DNA from: Nanobdellota archaeon
GTDB taxonomy: Archaea; Nanobdellota; Nanobdellia; Pacearchaeales; GW2011-AR1
Reading direction: 5' to 3'
Assembly (NCBI GenBank): GCA_038045985.1
Contig: JBBSXA010000030.1
Location: 1-57,486, forward strand
Length of the DNA stretch: 57,486 bases
Both the position numbers and the translations under genes were made by a program. The notes beneath the pieces are model-generated. The model was not told the DNA's origin. It saw only the letters and a list, made by a program, of their open reading frames with translations, and did no database searches. This document shows positions 52,618-57,486 of the stretch, one piece after another (the stretch's first letter is position 1; each line of letters opens with the position of its first letter).

Positions 52618-52820
52618 TCTATGTCCTTTATAGAATTAATCTTTTTTGTTTTTCCACTTTTAATATCTTTTTCACTTTCTTCGATTTGTCTCATAGTATC
52701 TTCATTTGAATAAATCATGATGCTTTTTAAAGCAGAGTCGAGTTCTTTTTTTGTCACCATGGATTGTTCTATTATTTTTAGTTTTCTAGACAACTCTTCT
52801 ATATTAATTGTTTTTTCCAT
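52614..52820 (-). CDS. antitoxin partner of RelE-like toxin
   Basis: 68-aa acidic ORF, translationally coupled to the toxin. Confidence 0.5.
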   Translation of the reverse strand: MEKTINIEELSRKLKIIEQSMVTKKELDSALKSIMIYSNEDTMRQIEESEKDIKSGKTKKINSIKDIE

Positions 52821-52872
52821 GTTTACATTATTTTGTAGAACTTAATAAAACTTATGTTTTGTTCTTCTAAAA

Positions 52873-53439
52873 CTAGGCAGCTAGGTAATGCTTGAAGTTT
52901 TCTCTGTATTGGTAAGTATTTCTTAAAATTGCTAGAGTTAAATCTCTTAGTTCTTCTTGTTTTTCTATTTGGAATTGCGCGAAGTTCTTTAAATCATTCC
53001 CGACTTTGTGTATTGTTGGAATTAAGTCTTCTGTAAAATTATCACCAATGATTCTGGATACTCTAATAGCTATTTTTCCATAATATCCTAAATTGCTCCC
53101 CCTTTCTTTTAGCTGGTCTTCACATTCCTTCAGCTTAGAGTAAATTTTATCACTTAATATGTAAGTTGGATTTCTTCCTTTACTGATTATTTTTTCTTTA
53201 TGCTTTTTTAAAACTTCTAAAAGGAACCAATCTGCTGGATACGCGTCAATTTCTCTTTTTCCCTCCAAATAGTCTCTGGAATTTAAAGTTCCTAAGATTA
53301 ATTCTGAAAGCTTCACAAAATTATTAGAATGAACTTCCTTTTTTCCAATATATCTGTCTATATCTAGTGCTGCTACCATAGAAATATTTGCTAAAGTTTC
53401 ATTTCTCAAAGAGTCCTCTAGATTATTTCTTCTTACCAT
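52873..53439 (-). CDS. hypothetical helical protein
   Basis: ATG ORF; no family recognised. Confidence 0.4.
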   Translation of the reverse strand: MVRRNNLEDSLRNETLANISMVAALDIDRYIGKKEVHSNNFVKLSELILGTLNSRDYLEGKREIDAYPADWFLLEVLKKHKEKIISKGRNPTYILSDKIYSKLKECEDQLKERGSNLGYYGKIAIRVSRIIGDNFTEDLIPTIHKVGNDLKNFAQFQIEKQEELRDLTLAILRNTYQYRENFKHYLAA

Positions 53440-53494
53440 AATTTTTTATAGTGATTTATTTTTAAGTATTTATATACTAAAGGTTTCCTAAAAA

Positions 53495-53977
53495 ATGAAA
53501 CAAAAAGCTGTTTTTGGTGCAGGATGCTTTTGGCATGTCCAGCATGTGTTTGATTCTTTGGAAGTTGATACTCAAGTCGGTTACATGGGAGGAGATGAAA
53601 AGAAATTTCCAAATCCAAGTTACAAAGATGTTTGCTCTGGCAAAACAGGATATGCTGAAGCTGTTTACATAGAATACGATAAAAAGGTTTCTTATGAAAA
53701 ACTTCTTGATTTATTCTGGAAAAGCCATGACCCCACTCAGTATCACAGGCAAGGGTCAGATGTTGGTTCGCAATATAGGAGTGTTATTTTTTATTTTAAT
53801 GACAAGCAAAAGAATTTGGCAAAAAAGACTAAAAAAGAAGTTGAAAAGAAATTAGGCAAAAAGGTTTACACTGAAATTGTTAAAGCTGGAAAATTTGTAA
53901 GAGCTGAAGAATATCACCAGAAATATTATAAAAAACATCCTGTTTATTGCAAGGTTATTAATCTGTTTGGGAAATAA
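53495..53977 (+). CDS. msrA: peptide-methionine (S)-S-oxide reductase
   Basis: AVFGAGCFWHVQHVF (GCFW), GYAEAVYIEYD, HDPTQ. Confidence 0.9.
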   Translation: MKQKAVFGAGCFWHVQHVFDSLEVDTQVGYMGGDEKKFPNPSYKDVCSGKTGYAEAVYIEYDKKVSYEKLLDLFWKSHDPTQYHRQGSDVGSQYRSVIFYFNDKQKNLAKKTKKEVEKKLGKKVYTEIVKAGKFVRAEEYHQKYYKKHPVYCKVINLFGK

Positions 53978-54051
53978 GTCTTTTGGAAAGGTTTATAAAT
54001 GTGTTAATTTTTAATATTATATAAATTTAGTTAATTAAAAAAGTTAATAAA

Positions 54052-54267
54052 ATGGAAGTACTGGTTAAAGCAAAGAAGATTGGAGGCTCTTTGGGAGTTA
54101 TAATTCCCAGAGAGGTAGTTGAGAAAGAAAGGATTTTTCCAGAAGATTCATTGAATGTGACTATAGAAAAAAAGAATGATTTGGATTTTTTGTGGGCTGT
54201 AAATAAGGATATAAAAAAATCTACGAAAGAAATAATGAAAGAAATTGATGAAGGAGAAAATGAATAA
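54052..54267 (+). CDS. AbrB/SpoVT-type antitoxin
   Basis: KKIGGSLGVIIPREVVEKERI. Confidence 0.65.
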   Translation: MEVLVKAKKIGGSLGVIIPREVVEKERIFPEDSLNVTIEKKNDLDFLWAVNKDIKKSTKEIMKEIDEGENE

Positions 54268-54631
54268 AGCTTTTTTCTTTGATACTTATGCCATTATTGA
54301 AATCAATAAGGGGAACCCTGCTTATAAAAAATATGCTTTTGGAGTTAAAATAATTCTGAGTAAATTAAACATCTTAGAGTATATTTATTTTCTGATAAGA
54401 GAAAAAAAAGAGAGCCAGATTGAGGAAGCTTTTAGCAAATTATCTAAGTTTAATGTTGATTATGATGATAAAATTTTGCTGGATGCGGCCAAAATGAAAT
54501 TTAAATTTGTGAAAGAGAAATTGTCTTTTGTAGATTGTATAGGTTACTACATTGCAAAAAAGTACAATTGCAAATTTTTAACTGGCGATGAAAAATTCAA
54601 AAATAAAGAGAACGTGGAGTTTGTGAAGTAG
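54245..54631 (+). CDS. vapC: PIN-domain toxin (start may be the ATG at 54260)
   Basis: FFFDTYAIIEI, FVDCIGYYIA, FLTGDEKF. Confidence 0.75.
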   Translation: MMKEKMNKAFFFDTYAIIEINKGNPAYKKYAFGVKIILSKLNILEYIYFLIREKKESQIEEAFSKLSKFNVDYDDKILLDAAKMKFKFVKEKLSFVDCIGYYIAKKYNCKFLTGDEKFKNKENVEFVK

Positions 54632-54656
54632 AGTAGAAAAACTATGCTGAACAAAG

Positions 54657-55031
54657 ATGAAAAGGGAATACGCGAAAAATCTGACATCAGAGCAGGCGAG
54701 AGTCTTGCTTTACAAGGAAACTGAAAGATCTGGAACTGGAAAATTTTTGCATAACAAGAAAAAAGGGGATTACAGATGTGCTGCCTGTGGAAATATTTTG
54801 TTTAAGAGTGATGTGAAATTTGATTCTGGGACTGGATGGCCGAGCTTTTCAGATGCTGTCAAAGGCTCTATAAAACTGGAGAAAGATTATTCTTTGCTTA
54901 TTCCAAGGACAGAAGTCATTTGCGCAAAGTGTGGAGGGCATTTAGGGCATGTTTTTAATGACGGGCCAAGTCCAACAAAAAAAAGATACTGCATTAATTC
55001 TTGCGCTTTGGGGTTTGATGAGAAGAAGTAA
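54657..55031 (+). CDS. msrB: peptide-methionine (R)-S-oxide reductase
   Basis: CAACGNILF, GTGWPSF, CAKCGGHLGHVF, RYCINS. Confidence 0.9.
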   Translation: MKREYAKNLTSEQARVLLYKETERSGTGKFLHNKKKGDYRCAACGNILFKSDVKFDSGTGWPSFSDAVKGSIKLEKDYSLLIPRTEVICAKCGGHLGHVFNDGPSPTKKRYCINSCALGFDEKK

Positions 55032-55041
55032 CTTTTAAAAG

Positions 55042-55344
55042 TTGTCTGCATTTTTTGGATTTATGATGGATCTTTTTGAATATTATAGGCTGTTGAAAAT
55101 GCCATGGGAGATTCAGGATTTTAAATTTATTTTTGACAAAGAAGATATTGGCTTGATTGAACTGGTTAATAATTACTGCCTTGTTAAATTTAATTCTGAA
55201 TCTTATACTGATAAGGACAAATATTATGAAAAAGTTTCAAAAGGATTAAGTTATTTGAGCTCTATAAAATTTGAGATTGATAAGAAAAATCCTCTTAAGA
55301 GTTATTCTAAGTTATGCAAGCTGCTTGATGGTTTTGAGTTTTGA
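55042..55344 (+). CDS. hypothetical protein
   Basis: Track ORF with a non-ATG start. Confidence 0.3.
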   Translation: MSAFFGFMMDLFEYYRLLKMPWEIQDFKFIFDKEDIGLIELVNNYCLVKFNSESYTDKDKYYEKVSKGLSYLSSIKFEIDKKNPLKSYSKLCKLLDGFEF

Positions 55345-55411
55345 TTAATGGAAGTAAAATGCCCAAACTGAAAATCATAGATTTTCGTAAGGCCGTTTAA
55401 TTAAGGTTAAA

Positions 55412-55504
55412 CGCCCAGGGTAGGACTCGAACCTACGACCCCACGGTCACTGTGTTTTATCAAACGTAACAGCCGTGTGCTCTAACCGACTGAGCTACCC
55501 GGGC
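55412..55504 (-). tRNA. tRNA-Asn (anticodon GUU) with a ~19-nt intron at 37/38
   Basis: Minus strand: GCCCGGG TA GCTC AGTCGGTT AGAGC A CACGG CTGTTA [cgtttgataaaacacagtg] A CCGTG GGGTC GTAGG TTCGAGT CCTAC CCTGGGC G. Confidence 0.85.
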
Positions 55505-55540
55505 TTATTAGTTTAAAGAGAATTATGCTTTTAAAAGGTT

Positions 55541-56059
55541 TTACTTCTTTTTCTTCTTAACTTCTTTTAGACCAAGGTCAAGGATGGGCTGGGGCTGGCG
55601 CTTCTCAAGGAAGGCATAAACATTTCCTTGTTTTGACCCTCTTATCAACGAGATTATTGCTTCTTGGGCGTTTTCTATGAATTCAGCTTCGCCAATTATT
55701 CCAACAAAATTGTCTTTTATCTCAAAGTCACATTTTGTCAGCTCTGAAAGTGTTTTAAGGGTTTTTCCGCCTTTGCCAATAAGTCTTGCTCTTATTCTTG
55801 CATAATCTTTTTTTGGAGTATGATTTTTTATATTAATTATCTCAAGAACATTTTCATGATGCTTGAGAAGAAGTGCCGTGGCAAATGGAAACCCAAAGTT
55901 TAATGCTTCAATTACTCTTTCAGAAAGATATTCATCTTCAGCTTCACCATAAATGTAAACTTCTCTGCCTCTATTGGAAATTTTTATATGGAGCTCTTCT
56001 TCAAGCTTTGTTTTGTTTTGAGTTATTCTTGGAAGCTTGTCGATGATTAATTTTTTCAT
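55541..56059 (-). CDS. KH-domain RNA-binding protein (aDim2/Pno1-like, COG1094 type)
   Basis: IGKGGKTLKTLSELT GxxG motif; two KH-like halves. Confidence 0.7.
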   Translation of the reverse strand: MKKLIIDKLPRITQNKTKLEEELHIKISNRGREVYIYGEAEDEYLSERVIEALNFGFPFATALLLKHHENVLEIINIKNHTPKKDYARIRARLIGKGGKTLKTLSELTKCDFEIKDNFVGIIGEAEFIENAQEAIISLIRGSKQGNVYAFLEKRQPQPILDLGLKEVKKKKK

Positions 56060-56104
56060 GATTTATAGAGATAAGAAGACATTATAAGTTTTTTTATTTT
56101 AACT

Positions 56105-56452
56105 TTAAAACTCGCTGGTCTCTGTTTTTAGGTGGCCGTGTCTTTTAAGCCATTCAACTTGGTTTGGCCTATATTTGAAAATAACGTCTCCTTTATTTTT
56201 ATCAAATTCCCAAGGCTCTATTATGACAACATCGCCCGGACGAAGCCAGAGCGCTCTCTTTAATCTTCCAGGAACTCTGCAGTTTCTTGATTTTCCATCC
56301 AGGCAAGAAACCATCATCTTGTTGCCTCCATGTCTCTGCTCAATTATTCCAATTACTTCCTCGCCTCTCGGCAGCCTGACTCTGATTGGCTTGTTTGGAT
56401 CTTGATTCTCCAGGTCCTCACTTTGATTTATATCTTTGAATTCTGCTGACAT
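56105..56452 (-). CDS. eif1a: translation initiation factor aIF-1A
   Basis: RVRLPRGEEVIGIIEQRHGGNKMMVSCLDGKSRNCRVPGRLKRALWLRPGDVVIIEPWEF. Confidence 0.92.
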   Translation of the reverse strand: MSAEFKDINQSEDLENQDPNKPIRVRLPRGEEVIGIIEQRHGGNKMMVSCLDGKSRNCRVPGRLKRALWLRPGDVVIIEPWEFDKNKGDVIFKYRPNQVEWLKRHGHLKTETSEF

Positions 56453-56481
56453 ATTAAATTAAAAAGAAGCGGTTTTATAAA

Positions 56482-56748
56482 TTATACTCTTGACGTAATT
56501 CCTTTAATTATTTCATCCCTAGGATCTATTTCTTCATGTAGATTGAATTTCTCTTTGAAGTAATCTTTTATAGAATAATAAGCTTTTCTTAGTAGGCTTC
56601 TATTATCTTTGTTTGGATTGTAATTGCTGTGGAATTTTATCCATAATTCTCTGACTGTCTGCCCAGGCTCGTTATCTTCCATTATTGCTTCGGGAATTTT
56701 TCCTCTTTCTATTTTTTCTTCTAGAGAGTATATCTTTATCTCAACCAC
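56482..56748 (-). CDS. hypothetical protein
   Basis: GTG-start ORF. Confidence 0.35.
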   Translation of the reverse strand: MVEIKIYSLEEKIERGKIPEAIMEDNEPGQTVRELWIKFHSNYNPNKDNRSLLRKAYYSIKDYFKEKFNLHEEIDPRDEIIKGITSRV

Positions 56749-56792
56749 GTTAAAACCTATACAACTAAGTTAATAAATATTATTGCAATTTC

Positions 56793-57089
56793 TCACAAAA
56801 GCACAAACGCAAAAGGAATTCCTGCAATCGTTCCGGCAGAATTTTTCTCAATTAACCCAGATTCGACTGCAGCTTTTATTGATTTCTCTCCGACAATGTT
56901 GAATGTCGCGTCTTCTCTCTGCAGATCCTGAATTATTTCTATGACTTCCTGCTCTGTTTTTTCATCGCCGCCATAAAAAGATTCTTTCAAATCAAGTTGG
57001 AAATCACCTTCCTCAAAATACTTTCCAAGAATTTCAGTATCACAAATGGCAACTACGTCTCTATACGTTTTTATTATCTTAACTAGCAT
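56793..57089 (-). CDS. DUF424-family protein (COG2412 type)
   Basis: DVVAICDTEILGKYFEEGDFQLDLKESFYGG. Confidence 0.7.
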   Translation of the reverse strand: MLVKIIKTYRDVVAICDTEILGKYFEEGDFQLDLKESFYGGDEKTEQEVIEIIQDLQREDATFNIVGEKSIKAAVESGLIEKNSAGTIAGIPFAFVLL

Positions 57090-57108
57090 ATTTTCTTATG
57101 AAGATAAA

Positions 57109-57303
57109 CTAAAAACCCTTTTTTGCTTCACCGACTTTGATTGCTTTTTCAGCATTGTCTTTCGACATCATGGCACACATTACAGTCCCGCATGCCGGGC
57201 ATTTTCCTTTTGCCATGTAGCCGCCTTTAGATGTCTGACCGATGACGGCGTCTTTCATCTTTTGACCTTTCTTTTTACACTTTACACAATAAGCGCTAAC
57301 CAT
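57109..57303 (-). CDS. small zinc-ribbon protein (DUF5679-like)
   Basis: MVSAYCVKCKKKG...GKCPACGTVM. AAGGAGG precedes the ATG at 57303; the longer track form is unlikely. Confidence 0.5.
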   Translation of the reverse strand: MVSAYCVKCKKKGQKMKDAVIGQTSKGGYMAKGKCPACGTVMCAMMSKDNAEKAIKVGEAKKGF

Positions 57304-57486
57304 TTTTCCTCCTTGTTTTACTTCTCTAAGAAAATGTGTTTTATAAAGATTTGGTTGTTCCCCTTGGAATAATTTTTCCTGAATATAAAAGCTTATAAGT
57401 TGGATTTTCTTGTTTGTCAAATGGATAATCTTGAAGATGGGTTAGGTTTTCCAGTTAATATATGCTCATTTGATAGCGTTCTTAAT

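Noticed and set aside
52300-52872. Flanking direct repeats around the relBE-like module, and similarly around the AbrB-PIN module at 53978-54656.
   Set aside because: The best alignments are ~15/22 in AT-rich sequence, which is not convincing, unlike the aspS and Zn-ribbon cases.
1-57486. CRISPR arrays, rRNA genes, IS transposases or integrases.
   Set aside because: Reading the window found no regularly spaced 25-40-nt repeats with unique spacers, no rRNA-like conserved stretches, and no ORF with DDE, tyrosine- or serine-recombinase motifs.

Overview
This is an AT-rich archaeal chromosomal segment. Archaeal markers are S17e, EndA, TFE, aIF-1A, GatD/GatE, deoxyhypusine synthase, PdaD, FtsZ and intron-containing tRNAs. 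Bacterial-type LeuRS, AlaRS, MnmA and a DisA-like cyclase sit among them, a mix typical of DPANN-like genomes (inference). The window is dense in translation genes: GlyRS, LeuRS, AlaRS, ProRS, AspRS, AsnRS, GatD, GatE, MnmA and three tRNAs, two of them with introns. It also carries four toxin-antitoxin modules. Five observations stand out. (1) An ~8.4 kb block (~23.83-32.20 kb) looks compositionally foreign. It encodes a coiled-coil protein, a HerA/VirB4-like ATPase with a wHTH tail, eleven tightly packed Shine-Dalgarno-led small genes (mostly membrane proteins) and an SPFH protein. No integrase, capsid or Rep is recognisable. It could be an integrated element or a Ced/T4SS-like membrane apparatus. 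(2) Gene termini are duplicated next to accessory DNA at several loci. A 1.34 kb DUF4143 AAA+ ATPase cassette is flanked by 60-nt copies of the aspS 5' end. A vapBC cassette is flanked by 24-26-nt copies of the 3' end of a Zn-ribbon gene. 'Ghost' C-termini lie just downstream of leuS and gatE, each preceded by the same 20-nt motif. (3) LeuRS carries two complete foreign domains inserted in frame, a YdeN/RBBP9-like serine hydrolase and a NUDIX hydrolase. (4) mnmA contains two related GC-rich in-frame mini-insertions. (5) A DisA-like cyclase and a DHH/DHHA1 phosphoesterase form a translationally coupled pair. No CRISPR array, rRNA, integrase or transposase was recognised. All composition statements are by eye; nothing was computed or searched.
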